DNA of 62,945 nucleotides, filler included, from Candidatus Tectimicrobiota bacterium (lineage in GTDB: Bacteria; JACPSX01), in the NCBI GenBank assembly GCA_016193065.1. It is 6 parts of 6 records of this genome, joined end to end, with 100 filler letters (N's around TTAATTAATTAA, not from the genome) between each part and the next. Parts side by side here need not be neighbours in the genome. Positions count along the whole stretch, not along the records: positions 1 to 21,069 come from JACPSX010000001.1; positions 21,170 to 32,395 come from JACPSX010000002.1; 4 more parts are not named here. One strand, given 5' to 3'. Positions 17,148-27,019 of this stretch are shown here, piece by piece (position 1 is the first letter of the stretch; each line of letters opens with the position of its first letter). The notes beneath the pieces were generated by a model. The model was not told the DNA's origin. It saw nothing but the letters and a program-made list of their open reading frames with translations, and did no database searches. The translations under genes and the position numbers were made by a program.

Positions 17148-18235
17148 CGCCCCAGACAGATCCCCACCGCCTCCGCGGTGTCCACTAGTTCTCCGTCCGT
17201 GGGAACGGTTTTGAGTGACTCCACGGCATCCCGGATGGGGACGGAGGACATGCGGGTCCGGTAAATCGTCACCATTTCTCCGAACTTTTCGCGGGCCACG
17301 AGCTCCACGGCCCAGAAGCCGAACCGGGTTGCGAGGATCCGGTCGAAGGCTGTCGGAGATCCTCCTCTTTGGACGTGTCCCAGCACGGTGACCCGAGCTT
17401 CCACGTCGAGCGCTTTCGTCAGTGTTTCTGCAACCAGTTGGCCGATTCCTCCCAGACGAGCCGTCCCGCCTGGATCCCCGGGACTGTAGTACATTTCCTG
17501 CCCCCCGAGAGGTTTCGCTCCTTCTCCTGCCACCAGGATGCTGAACTTGGCGGGGCTGTTCTGGCGCTCGCGTACTTTTTGAATGATCGTCTCCCACTTG
17601 AAAGGAATCTCGGGAATCAGGATCACATCGGCTCCTCCAGCCATGCCCGCGCACAGGGCGATCCAACCCGCATGGCGTCCCATGACTTCCACCACGATGA
17701 CTCGGTGATGGCTCTCGGCCGTGGAGTGGAGCTTGTCCAGAGCGTCCATGGCCGTGTTGACCGCCGTATCGAATCCGAAGGTGAGCTCGATGCGACGCAG
17801 GTCATTGTCGATGGTCTTGGGGACTCCGACCACGGGGACCCCCATCTCGAAGAACTTCTGAGCGATCTTCAGAGAGCCCTCCCCGCCAATGACGATCAGG
17901 GCATCGATCCCGAGCTTGTGGAGATTTTGAATGACCTGGCCTGACACGTCCCTGGGGCCGTTTTGGATCGGAGCCACGTAGGCGAAGGGATTTCCCCGGT
18001 TCGTGGTACCCAGGATCGTGCCGCCGCGCTGCAAAATCCCCCGGATGTTCCAGGGGGTCATCTCGCGGCAGCGCACAGGCTCTACGATCAACCCTTCGAA
18101 ACCGTCTTCGATGCCGATCACTTTCCAGTTGTACTTGTTCGCTGCGGTTTTCACGATGGCCCGCAGCACGGCGTTTAGGCCCGGACAGTCGCCTCCTCCG
18201 GTGAGTACACCAATGGTTTTTTGCGTATCACCCAT
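17144..18235 (-). CDS. pfkA: 6-phosphofructokinase
   Basis: TGGGDCPGLN, GGTILGT, GGEGS, PKTIDND, EVMGRHAG, LGHVQRGG. Confidence 0.92.
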   Translation of the reverse strand: MGDTQKTIGVLTGGGDCPGLNAVLRAIVKTAANKYNWKVIGIEDGFEGLIVEPVRCREMTPWNIRGILQRGGTILGTTNRGNPFAYVAPIQNGPRDVSGQVIQNLHKLGIDALIVIGGEGSLKIAQKFFEMGVPVVGVPKTIDNDLRRIELTFGFDTAVNTAMDALDKLHSTAESHHRVIVVEVMGRHAGWIALCAGMAGGADVILIPEIPFKWETIIQKVRERQNSPAKFSILVAGEGAKPLGGQEMYYSPGDPGGTARLGGIGQLVAETLTKALDVEARVTVLGHVQRGGSPTAFDRILATRFGFWAVELVAREKFGEMVTIYRTRMSSVPIRDAVESLKTVPTDGELVDTAEAVGICLGR

Positions 18236-18254
18236 GCTCCATCCTCCTTGTGGC

Positions 18255-18382
18255 GACTGTGTCATAAGTCCGTTCATGGTTCGACAGGCTCACCACGAAC
18301 GGATGACGACACACGGAAATCCAACCACTTAGCCGTTCGTCCTGAGCTTGTCGAAGGGCGAACGGCGGATTGCGACATAGTC
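18255..18382. mobile_element. Second copy of the MITE-like element
   Basis: GACTGTGTCATAA...TTGCGACATAGTC, flanked by direct repeat TTGTGGC (18248-18254 and 18383-18389). Confidence 0.7.
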
Positions 18383-18426
18383 TTGTGGCCGGTGGGGTCA
18401 TCATAGCACGGGTACTTTGTCGGCAA

Positions 18427-19602
18427 TTAACTGAAAAGCCTGTAGAGGAGACTAACAGCTCCCCCGCCCAGCACCAGCCAGGCGGAGTTCACCTTGAACC
18501 GAAACACACCGACCGTAGCAAGGATGAGGAGCGCTGCAGTGAACCAGTCGATTACAGACGCTCGCCCCAACTGCCAGGTGACGGTGGCCATCAGCGCCAG
18601 CGAGGCGACGTTGGCCCCGTCGAGAAACCCGCCGGCCCAAGGGGAATTTCGCAAACGCGGGATCAGGGGGCTGGAGGCGGCGACCAGAACAAAGGACGGG
18701 AAAAAGATGCCGACAGTCGCCAGAATCGCGCCCGGCCAGCCGGCGATCAGGTAGCCGATAAATGTGGCTGTGGTAAAGACGGGACCGGGAGTGAACTGTC
18801 CAACGGCTATCGCATCGATGAGCTGCTGGTCGGTGAGCCAGTGCCAGCGCTCCACCAGGTCAGCCCTCAGAAAGGCCAAGAGCACGTAGCCGCTGCCGAA
18901 CAGAATTGATCCGATTTTGAGGAAAAAACCGGTCAGCTTGAGCAGACTTATGGAGGCGCCGGCTGCAGCTCCTGTCGCCGCTTGAGCACCCGTGGCCGCC
19001 AGCAGCACCGGCCCGGCCATCACCCCCGCAGCGGCTTGTCGTGCCCGGCCCCGGCGCAAATTCGACAGGGCCATCACCAGGAAGGCGCTGGCAAACAGAA
19101 GGAAGACCTCGTTGATTCCGAGGAACGAGAGGATGGTCACGGCGATTCCAACGGCCCCCGTGAGCGACCCCTTCACCGCTTTCGTGCCAAGACTCCAGAG
19201 GGCCTGAAGGACAATGGCAATGATGACAGGCTTCACCCCGTAGAGGATCCAGACCGCTTGGGGGGCGGTGCCGTAGCGGGTGTAGGCCCAGGCTATGGCC
19301 AGCACGATTACCACGGCGGGAAGGATGAAGCAGGATCCAGCCGCAATGAGACCGCGCCAGCCGGCTCGGGTCAGGCCGATGTGGATGGCCATTTCCGTTG
19401 AGTTGGGGCCGGGGATGAGATTCGTTGCCCCGAGCAGGTCCAGAAATCGCTGCCGGGAGAGCCAGCCCCGGCGCCGCACCACCTCGTCCTCCATCATGGC
19501 GATGTGGGCGGCGGGTCCGCCGAAACCGATGGTCCCCAGCTTGAGAAACAGCCGGGCAATTTCTCCCAATCGGCCGGTGCCGTCGATGGGGTTCTGCCGC
19601 AA
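18427..19602 (-). CDS. chrA: Chromate efflux transporter
   Basis: FLKLGTIGFGGPAAHIAMM, IPGPNSTEMA, GQFTPGPV; TTG start after GAGGAGGT. Confidence 0.9.
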   Translation of the reverse strand: MRQNPIDGTGRLGEIARLFLKLGTIGFGGPAAHIAMMEDEVVRRRGWLSRQRFLDLLGATNLIPGPNSTEMAIHIGLTRAGWRGLIAAGSCFILPAVVIVLAIAWAYTRYGTAPQAVWILYGVKPVIIAIVLQALWSLGTKAVKGSLTGAVGIAVTILSFLGINEVFLLFASAFLVMALSNLRRGRARQAAAGVMAGPVLLAATGAQAATGAAAGASISLLKLTGFFLKIGSILFGSGYVLLAFLRADLVERWHWLTDQQLIDAIAVGQFTPGPVFTTATFIGYLIAGWPGAILATVGIFFPSFVLVAASSPLIPRLRNSPWAGGFLDGANVASLALMATVTWQLGRASVIDWFTAALLILATVGVFRFKVNSAWLVLGGGAVSLLYRLFS

Positions 19603-19669
19603 GTCAATTACCTCCTCTCGATCCAGGGCTGGCCGCTGATTGCTGACCGTATGCTTTCTCTGGTGAGTC

Positions 19670-20242
19670 TTACACCCACCCGTAGGGAATTCGGCTGCGG
19701 TACACTCTCCAGGCAAACAGGGCGGCTAGCACGATCAGAATAACTGTCAGCGAGGCTGCGAAACGTGAAACAACCTGAAGTCCCAACAGCACGGTGGTGA
19801 TCACCAGGAAGAGGCAGGTGGCTGCCAGCCGCTTCCGCCTGAGCCGCAGCGGGCCAATCTGGGCAGCGATTGCTTGGGGGAGAGCATCCCCTTCGGCCTT
19901 TGCCAGGAGCCCATCGATCTGGGGCTGGAGAGAGAAGTGGACCAACGAGAGGGTGAGGACCAGCAGGAGGAGAAACTTGACCAGGAGGATCCAGTTCGTA
20001 AACAGGGGGGTCAAAGACCCTTGCAGGCTGATGAGCAGAAGGCCCGTTGCCAGCGCAGTCAGCTGGAAAATGTAGCATCGGATTGAATTTCCCCGGATGA
20101 GGTTCTCAAAATACTGGTCCACCTGGAGGTGGGCCTTTCCGAACCGGGCCCTCTCGTTGACCACGACGAGATTGTAGAGAGGAGCCGCCATGAACACAAC
20201 CGTCAGGATGTGGAGAAACTTAAAAAAGTCATAGAGACTCAT
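19670..20242 (-). CDS. Hypothetical integral membrane protein
   Basis: About 5 hydrophobic segments; MSLYDFFKFLHIL start resembles DUF2269-type proteins. Confidence 0.7.
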   Translation of the reverse strand: MSLYDFFKFLHILTVVFMAAPLYNLVVVNERARFGKAHLQVDQYFENLIRGNSIRCYIFQLTALATGLLLISLQGSLTPLFTNWILLVKFLLLLVLTLSLVHFSLQPQIDGLLAKAEGDALPQAIAAQIGPLRLRRKRLAATCLFLVITTVLLGLQVVSRFAASLTVILIVLAALFAWRVYRSRIPYGWV

Positions 20243-20401
20243 CTGTCCCGCCCTCCCATCGGTTTCTCCTGTGGTCCTCGGAAAGAGTTCCACCGGAAGA
20301 CACTCTGATCTCCCTAAAAAGAGGAAAGAGGAGATTGCTAGAGGTCTTGACTTTTGCCCAGTTTAAGTGTCGACTGGTCAATCCTCAATGAGCCAAACTG
20401 C

Positions 20402-20608
20402 TCATTTTTCAGCCTTGTCCTTCACGCCTGCGGCCCGCAGGATCACCATGGACGGTCAGAAGTTCGTGAAGGCCGACTGGACCAAATTGATCCCCATCAG
20501 ACCGGTCAGCCAGAGCCACGCGGCATTGTGAAAGACCGCGAGGAGGACACTGGCTAGAACAACGATTCCTCCAAGCAGTCGAAGCCACTGTTCCATGTAA
20601 AGCTTCAT
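20402..20608 (-). CDS. DUF2892/YgaP-like small membrane protein, probable selenoprotein (UGA 20456-20458, residue 51)
   Basis: SD AAGGAGGTGA; MKLYMEQWLRLLGGIVVLASVLLAVFHNAAWLWLTGLMGINLVQSAFTNF-UGA-PSMVILRAAGVKDKAEK*; UGA at the family's C-P motif; absent from ORF track. Confidence 0.8.
20417..20453 (-). promoter_or_regulatory. SECIS-like hairpin of DUF2892 gene
   Basis: Minus strand GTCCATG..CCTGC-gggcc-GCAGG-CGT..GGAC; loop starts 20 nt after UGA with GG. Confidence 0.6.
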
Positions 20609-20658
20609 CTTCCCTCACCTCCTTTCTTCGATCCCCTGCCTACTGGGTCAGGCATGCC

Positions 20659-21069
20659 TTAGAAGGCGTAGCGGGTGACCACGTAGAGGTTCGCGTTCCC
20701 CTTAAACTGGCCAAACTCGGTGCGGCGCGGCCCGCCGAAGAGATTTACCCCGAAGGTGCCCGACAAGGCATCCGTGATGTTGTATCTAACCTCAGGGTTT
20801 ACATAGTAGTCCCCTTCGTTGGGGCTCGCCAGGGCAAAGAGGCCAAGCCTGAGCGTCTGGTGAAGGAAGAGCTGGGTCAGCCTGACAGTGAGGACGTGTC
20901 GGGCGGCCGGCCGCTCAGGCATCCCCGGGGCCCGCGTGCTTAGGTACTCCCGATGGTCCTCCATTACCTGGACATAGTACTGGGTAGAAAGTGTCAGGTC
21001 CGGCACGATCTCTCGCTGGTATCCAGCGAGGAACCTGACAGAGGAGTTCTTAACGGAAGGATTCCGGCC
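20659..21069 (-). CDS. Outer-membrane beta-barrel-like protein, C-terminal part (truncated by contig end)
   Basis: Frame open to the gap; alternating aromatic strands ending YVVTRYAF. Confidence 0.65.
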   Translation of the reverse strand, partial: GRNPSVKNSSVRFLAGYQREIVPDLTLSTQYYVQVMEDHREYLSTRAPGMPERPAARHVLTVRLTQLFLHQTLRLGLFALASPNEGDYYVNPEVRYNITDALSGTFGVNLFGGPRRTEFGQFKGNANLYVVTRYAF

Positions 21070-21169
21070 NNNNNNNNNNNNNNNNNNNNNNNNNNNNNNN
21101 NNNNNNNNNNNNNTTAATTAATTAANNNNNNNNNNNNNNNNNNNNNNNNNNNNNNNNNNNNNNNNNNNN
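21070..21169. other. Artificial contig linker
   Basis: N-run, TTAATTAATTAA, N-run; identical linkers at 32396, 37860, 48762 and 58141. Confidence 0.97.
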
Positions 21170-22018
21170 CGCCTGCTGAGCCGCCGCTGCCCCCGCAGTA
21201 TCCCGCATCGTTACCGCTTCACTTTGCGCCTCCCGCGCCGCCTGCAAGGACGCCTGGGCCTGCACCCCCGCCGCCTGCGCCGTCTGCTGCGCCGCCGCCA
21301 CCTGCTGCGTGGGCGCCTGGGCCGCCGCCTGCTGCGTCGCCTGCGCCGCCTGCTGCGTCGCCTGCACCGCCTGCTGCGCCGCCGCCACCGCCTGCGCCGC
21401 CGCCTGCTGCACCGGGGCCTGCCTAGCCTGCGCCGGCAGTACCACCGGGAGCGTGGGAGAAATCGGCGCTGATGGCACCCAGTTCCCTTGAGTCAGCCCC
21501 CCCCCGGTCTGCCCCTGCAATCCAACCCCCAGGTTGCCTGCCGTCCCCCTTAGGGCCGCCACCACCGTGGGCGTCTCCAACGAATGCTCCTTTTCCCCTT
21601 CTTTGCTGGTTAAATTAAAGGCAATCTGTCCCAGCAACACCCGGACCTTACGGACCACCACCAAGCGGCGCACAAAAAACCCCCGGCTCTCTTTCTTCTC
21701 CGTAATCCGCACGTTGGAGTCCGGAGATACATCCACCACCCCCCCATCGGACCACACCACCCGGGCCCGCCCCTCCTGGGTCACCACCTTGTCCCCGCTG
21801 ACCAGATCCACAGGCACCCGCTCCACCACCGTCCAGTTCTCCTGGCTCTTCACCCACACCACCCCCTGAAACTGGTCGATCCGCGCTATGGACTCAGTCT
21901 GGGCAAACACAGGCGGGGCAATCAGAACGGACCCAACGGTAAAAAGAAACAGCAGGACCACACACTGCGCCAGAGCACGGCTTGAGAAGGAGAAACCTTT
22001 CAAGTAGAAGCGCCGCAT
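21170..22018 (-). CDS. Exported FecR-domain protein with Ala/Gln low-complexity tract (3' truncated)
   Basis: Signal peptide; GDKVVTQEGRA, LETPTVVAALRGT; AQQA repeats. Confidence 0.75.
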
Positions 22019-22172
22019 CTTGCACCTCCTAAAAAAGCCGAAGACCGGGGTTGTTAGTGTCCTTAGCTTTGTCTTGAAAATCAGGCCGGGCTTACCTCCC
22101 GGACTCCCAGAGAGGGAATAGACCTAATTATAGGAACGAGCCAGGGGAAAAGCAATAAATTTATCCTCCTAC

Positions 22173-22188
22173 AGTGACAACCGTCACA
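22173..22188 (-). promoter_or_regulatory. CRP-like box upstream of FecR-domain gene
   Basis: Minus strand aaaaTGTGA-CGGTTG-TCACT, one mismatch to TGTGA-N6-TCACA. Confidence 0.45.
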
Positions 22189-22325
22189 TTTTGAGCCGAC
22201 CAGGAGACCGAGAGGCCGGAGTCTATGGACCTCCGGAAGAATGCCGGACATCAGGAGCTTAATCTCCCGAGAAACCCGAAGAGAATCAGCACTTTTGCAT
22301 GTACCAGGGCGTGACAGCAAGGAGG

Positions 22326-24581
22326 CTATTTCGTCTTCATTTCAAAGACCCCATCCCAGTCCACGGGAGGTGGTTCCACGATCAAGTCCTGGCACCGCTC
22401 GACGTACAACTTGCAGACTCCATCAGCGGGATAGATCCCAAGCGCTTTCGTGAACGAATCGATGGCCCGCTCCCACTGCCGATCCTTGTAGCACCCCATC
22501 CCCTCCGTATAGATCCGCAGGAACTCTCCCTCCTCGGGGCTGTAGGCGTCAGACTTTCCCCGCAACTCGTAGATCCGTACGGGAAGTTTCTTCCCCATGA
22601 CCCTCACGGAATCCAGCTCCCTGACGCGAAAGGCCCCTTTGACCGCATTTTGGGTGAACTCGCTGATAATCACGTTCGTGTGGTACTGCTTGTTGGCACC
22701 TTCGAGCCGGGATCCGAGGTTCACGCTGTCACCCATGACGGTATAATCGAACCTCTTGCTCGACCCCATGTTCCCCACTACCATGGAACCCGTATTGACG
22801 CCAACGCCAATGTCGAGGACAGGAATGTTTTGCTCATTCCACCGCGTCTGCAGACGTTTGAGCTCCGCAAGCATCTCAAGGGCCACTGTGCACGCTCTGT
22901 GCGCGTGATCGGGCTGCGGGATCGGAGCACCAAACACCGCCATGATCGCATCTCCCATGTACTTGTCCAGGAGGCCGTCTTTGGCCAGGATCAGGTCCGT
23001 CATGGCCGTGAGGTACTCGTTCAGCAGGTGCACGAGTGCTTCCGGCTCCAATTTCTCCGAGACGCTCGTGAACCCGCGGATGTCGGAGAAGAGGACGGTT
23101 AGCTCCTTTTTATCTCCTCCCAGCTTGAGCATCTGGGGGTTCTTTAGAACCTCGTTTACCACAGAGGGATTCAGGTACTGCTGGAATGCCCCTTTGACCT
23201 TCCTCTTCTCCCGCTCTTCCGTCATGAACCGGTAGGATATGACGCCCACGAAGCAGAGAACGATCGAAAGGGAAGGATAAATGAGGTTCAACCATATCCG
23301 GTAGCCGGCAAACATGGCGTACGCAAAATAAAAATACCCTCCCAGAAGGGCCAGAGAAAACACGGGTCCCCAGAACTTGGGCAATCGGGAAAGCACCACT
23401 CCGGACCCAAGTCCAAACAGAAGGACGAAAAACAGATCAAGAAACGTCATCCAATTGGCTCTTTCGAGAAAGCTTCCGTGGATGATGTTCTCGACCACAT
23501 TGGCGTGTTTTTCCACTCCCGGGAGCGCCTTGGACAAGGGAGTCACCTTCTGATCGTGCAGCCCCGTAGCAGTAGCCCCAACAAGGACGGCTTTTCCCTG
23601 AAAGGTCTGCGGAGGCACCCGTCCCTCCAGGACATCCACAAAGGAGTAACGGGGAAACGTGTTCGCGTACCCGTTGTAATTGATCAGCATGCGCATGCGC
23701 TCATCGGTCGGAACAAACACATTGGTCAGGTCTATCCCTTCTCCGAAGTTTGCGATCATCTCCTCTGGAGACAGCCCCAGGTAAGTTCGCGCCACCTGAA
23801 GGGCAAAAGAAGGGTAATAGCTTCCCGGGTACTGAACCAGCAGAATTTCCCAGCGCGCGACTCCGTCGATATCCGGCTTCATGTTCGCGTGACCGACAGC
23901 TTGCGCACTCCTACCCAGCACCTCGAGGGGAGCGGTGATATTGGTGGCTGAAATTGGGGGGATGAGACGTGTTACCTGTTTGTTCTTTACGAGCTTGAAC
24001 TCCGATTTTCTCAAGTAAAGCGGAGCGGGCTTCCCGGTCCGGGACACGCCGTTCGCAGGCGCATCGACCCCGTCAAAAAACATCGCCAATACAACAGAGC
24101 CCGAACCTCTGACGGCCTCGCCGAGGAGGTAGTCGTTGTCTTCTTTCTTCTCGAGTGCTTCCAGGAGCTTGGAAAACCTTCGCCCCTGGTCGTTCTGCCG
24201 CTCAAGCCCAAGGGAGCTGTAATTTTCCCGGAGCATTCGGAACTGTTTGAGATCCGCGCTGACCTCCGGCTCGCTGAAGATAATATCGAAGCCGACGGCA
24301 CGCGGTTTCCCCGCCGAAATTTTGTTGATTAGATCCGCGATCCGGGAACGAGGCCAGGGCCACCGGCCAATCCGTTCAATACTCTTGTCATCGAGGGCCA
24401 CGATCACAATCTCGGACCCGACCTTCTTTTGCCCCCGTATCTTGAAGCGCAGATCGAGAGTCTTTAATTCCAGAGACTCGAACAAGGCCAGGTCAGAACC
24501 GATAAAAAGGAGGATTGCCACAAATATGGAGATGAGAACGCTCAGCCAGAACCCCGACATTTTTAAACGAGGAAACCTCAT
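22326..24581 (-). CDS. CHASE2-domain class III adenylate cyclase
   Basis: GRWPWPRS CHASE2, 3 TM, LFSDIRGFT, DKYMGDA, RFDYTVMGDSVNLGSRLEG. Confidence 0.92.
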   Translation of the reverse strand: MRFPRLKMSGFWLSVLISIFVAILLFIGSDLALFESLELKTLDLRFKIRGQKKVGSEIVIVALDDKSIERIGRWPWPRSRIADLINKISAGKPRAVGFDIIFSEPEVSADLKQFRMLRENYSSLGLERQNDQGRRFSKLLEALEKKEDNDYLLGEAVRGSGSVVLAMFFDGVDAPANGVSRTGKPAPLYLRKSEFKLVKNKQVTRLIPPISATNITAPLEVLGRSAQAVGHANMKPDIDGVARWEILLVQYPGSYYPSFALQVARTYLGLSPEEMIANFGEGIDLTNVFVPTDERMRMLINYNGYANTFPRYSFVDVLEGRVPPQTFQGKAVLVGATATGLHDQKVTPLSKALPGVEKHANVVENIIHGSFLERANWMTFLDLFFVLLFGLGSGVVLSRLPKFWGPVFSLALLGGYFYFAYAMFAGYRIWLNLIYPSLSIVLCFVGVISYRFMTEEREKRKVKGAFQQYLNPSVVNEVLKNPQMLKLGGDKKELTVLFSDIRGFTSVSEKLEPEALVHLLNEYLTAMTDLILAKDGLLDKYMGDAIMAVFGAPIPQPDHAHRACTVALEMLAELKRLQTRWNEQNIPVLDIGVGVNTGSMVVGNMGSSKRFDYTVMGDSVNLGSRLEGANKQYHTNVIISEFTQNAVKGAFRVRELDSVRVMGKKLPVRIYELRGKSDAYSPEEGEFLRIYTEGMGCYKDRQWERAIDSFTKALGIYPADGVCKLYVERCQDLIVEPPPVDWDGVFEMKTK

Positions 24582-24647
24582 AGACACACCCTTCTCCGTG
24601 GAGATCCGCGGGAAAAATGGCCTTCCACCGGACCATGCCTCATTAAG

Positions 24648-25823
24648 CTATCCTCCCGCTGCCCTCTTCTTTAACCTTTCGATGGCCCATCGGGCTCGCC
24701 TTCCCACCTCGCCTTCCTTTTCTGTTTGCTCGAGGAACATGAGGGGCCCCAGGGCTTCCGGACGACCCGCCGAAAAAGCCTTAAGGTTCGAATCGCCTCC
24801 GGAAAGGCCAGCCACGAGCTTGCCGCTTATCTTCTTCTCGCCGATGAACCCGAGAGAGAAAGCAGCGGACTGGCGCACTTCTCCGTTGGAATCGGACAAC
24901 AATTCGGCCACAGGGCCAGCCGAGTTCTTTCCCCCAATAAATCCGAGGGCACTTGCCGCGTACCTCCGGACGGCGGGCGCCTGATCCTTGAGACGCCTCA
25001 CAAGAGCCCGCTCGGCACGCTCATCGTACACGGCGTTAAACGCCAGCGCGGAAAATGTCCGATGGAGAGCATTTTTGCTGGTCAGTTCCTGGATCAGAAA
25101 AGAGTTCGGGCTTCTTACCTGTGCAACCCGGCGAATGAAATCAATCGCATTGCGGGCGAATACCTGCTGCTGCTGGTTCTGCCCGTCCTTGGCCTGAGTG
25201 AGAAATTGCAGGATGTTCTGGTTCCTTGGGTGCACGATTCCCGCCGCTGCAAAATCCGGAAGGTCCGCTTTGTTCTCTTGCATTACATTAAGCAGGGCAT
25301 CGATCACGCGCTCATCCCGGGTCGCCATGAGCGCATGAGCGGCAAACCTCCGCACCCACTCGCTTTCGTCCCTCAAGTGGTCAACAAGAGCACCGACCCC
25401 CTCCTCGTTGTCGGAAAATTTAAAAAAAGCAAGGGACCGTGCCGCGAAAAGCCGCACCTCGTCGTCCGGATCCTCAAGCGCTTTCAGGAGTGGCGCCACC
25501 GCCCTCCGTTCCCTTAAGTATCCGAGTTCCCTGGCCGCTTCAGCTCTTTGCTCCGGCTTGCCGGTTTTCAGAACGGTAATCCACCTGTCTCTGGATTGCC
25601 GCGTCGAGGGCGCGGTCTTCTTCGGCCCGGCTGCCGGAGCCGGTTCCACCATCCAGCCCAGAAGACATACGAGACACAGAACGAGGGACAGAATTGCCCT
25701 CCCCCGCTTCGCAACCAACCGGAAGCCTCCCCTCAACTCCACAGGCACTCCTGCACTCCGTTCCGGCATCGGGCTTGAGTCGCCTCCCGGGTTATCAAAT
25801 TCTTTCTGCATGGATACCTTCAT
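24648..25823 (-). CDS. HEAT-repeat exported/membrane-anchored protein
   Basis: Hydrophobic N-terminal segment; repeated VRxxAAxALG units. Confidence 0.8.
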   Translation of the reverse strand: MKVSMQKEFDNPGGDSSPMPERSAGVPVELRGGFRLVAKRGRAILSLVLCLVCLLGWMVEPAPAAGPKKTAPSTRQSRDRWITVLKTGKPEQRAEAARELGYLRERRAVAPLLKALEDPDDEVRLFAARSLAFFKFSDNEEGVGALVDHLRDESEWVRRFAAHALMATRDERVIDALLNVMQENKADLPDFAAAGIVHPRNQNILQFLTQAKDGQNQQQQVFARNAIDFIRRVAQVRSPNSFLIQELTSKNALHRTFSALAFNAVYDERAERALVRRLKDQAPAVRRYAASALGFIGGKNSAGPVAELLSDSNGEVRQSAAFSLGFIGEKKISGKLVAGLSGGDSNLKAFSAGRPEALGPLMFLEQTEKEGEVGRRARWAIERLKKRAAGG

Positions 25824-26842
25824 CTTGCCGGCGAAGGCCACCTCGACAGAAGCGCATCAATCGCCGTAGCCAGCAGCTCCATCCCCGGGTAGTAAAACGA
25901 TACGGGCGTGGGATGGTAGTCCGAGAGCCCGGTGGCGTTGACCCCGATAATGACGATCGCCCCCCGAAAGAGGGAAAGAAAATCCTCTCCGTCGAGCACT
26001 CGCGCCGCCGAGACGTGCGAAAAACGGGTGCCCGGAGCCGAAAAAGCAAGGGGAATGTCCCCCGCGGAATCGATCCGAATGTTCACTTCCCCCATCTCGA
26101 TCCGGTCCCCCAGCCTCAGGACCACATTGGACGGTGTCCGGTTCCGGAGCCACATCGCCACGGCCAGCGGCAGGGAAGGGTACACTTTCCCTTCATATGA
26201 CACCGCCAGGGTGGCTTTTCTTACCAGCCCTGGACCGCCCTCGCGGGATTCAGGAAACACGTTGACGAACCCGAGCCCCGCCGCCTTGCGAGCAAACTGT
26301 GGAAGCGGGAACAGCACACTGCTGGCCTCTCGCAGGACGTCATCCCATTCCCTTCCCCTGGCCAGAGCGTGGTTCCGGAGAAGCGCCGTGCGTTCGGGCT
26401 CCGGAGCCGCTCCCGGTATGCCGAACTGAAACGCAAAGGCCAGGAACACGTTCCCTCCCGATCCGATCACCTCCGCCAGATCCCGGTCCTTCTCGGGAAA
26501 TTGCGCATCCTCTTCGCTGAACAGGAGATCGAGGACGACCGCCCTGGGCGAGAACTTTTGAGTACCGCGGAGGAGCCGAGCCTGGAGATCGCGCGGCCAC
26601 GGCCACCGTCCAAACTTTCCCAGGCTGGCATCATCAATGTCAACGATGACGAGGGGAGGAGCATCGGCTGAAAAACTGGCCGCGGGGGTGCAGAAGAGAG
26701 CCAGACACACAAACGCGAAAATCACCCGCAGGCGAAAAATCAGCCCTGCATAAAACGGGCCCGTGGAGTCCCGATCAGAGCAGACCGGAGGACCCGCCGT
26801 CGGCGCCCGCAGATCGAACCGCCGGCCCATGGCAAACCCCAA
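25820..26842 (-). CDS. Stand-alone CHASE2 domain protein
   Basis: VIVDIDDASLGKFGRWPWPR...IIGVNATGLSDYHPTP...PGMELLA, then stop; no output domain; start uncertain. Confidence 0.8.
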   Translation of the reverse strand: MGFAMGRRFDLRAPTAGPPVCSDRDSTGPFYAGLIFRLRVIFAFVCLALFCTPAASFSADAPPLVIVDIDDASLGKFGRWPWPRDLQARLLRGTQKFSPRAVVLDLLFSEEDAQFPEKDRDLAEVIGSGGNVFLAFAFQFGIPGAAPEPERTALLRNHALARGREWDDVLREASSVLFPLPQFARKAAGLGFVNVFPESREGGPGLVRKATLAVSYEGKVYPSLPLAVAMWLRNRTPSNVVLRLGDRIEMGEVNIRIDSAGDIPLAFSAPGTRFSHVSAARVLDGEDFLSLFRGAIVIIGVNATGLSDYHPTPVSFYYPGMELLATAIDALLSRWPSPAR

Positions 26843-27019
26843 AATGAGCGCGCCAGCGAAAAGGACAAACCATAGGGGAAAGCCCCCTTACATCCCGGCT
26901 TTACCTCTTTATAGGATCGAATCGAATGAAAAGCAACGAGTTTTCAAATTGAGAACGGACAGAACGAACGTTACGCTTTCAGATGGCCCGGGGACCGCGA
27001 GGTTGGGATAAGATAAAGT

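Noticed and set aside
21114-21125. TTAATTAATTAA repeated five times within N-runs
   Set aside because: All-frame stop linker used to concatenate contigs; not biological
21170-21430. Highly repetitive GCC/TGC tract
   Set aside because: Coding Ala/Gln low-complexity region of the FecR-domain protein, not an array
22174-22187. GTGAC-N4-GTCAC as a fourth WYL-type site
   Set aside because: Spacing differs (4 versus 7); fits a CRP-like box better
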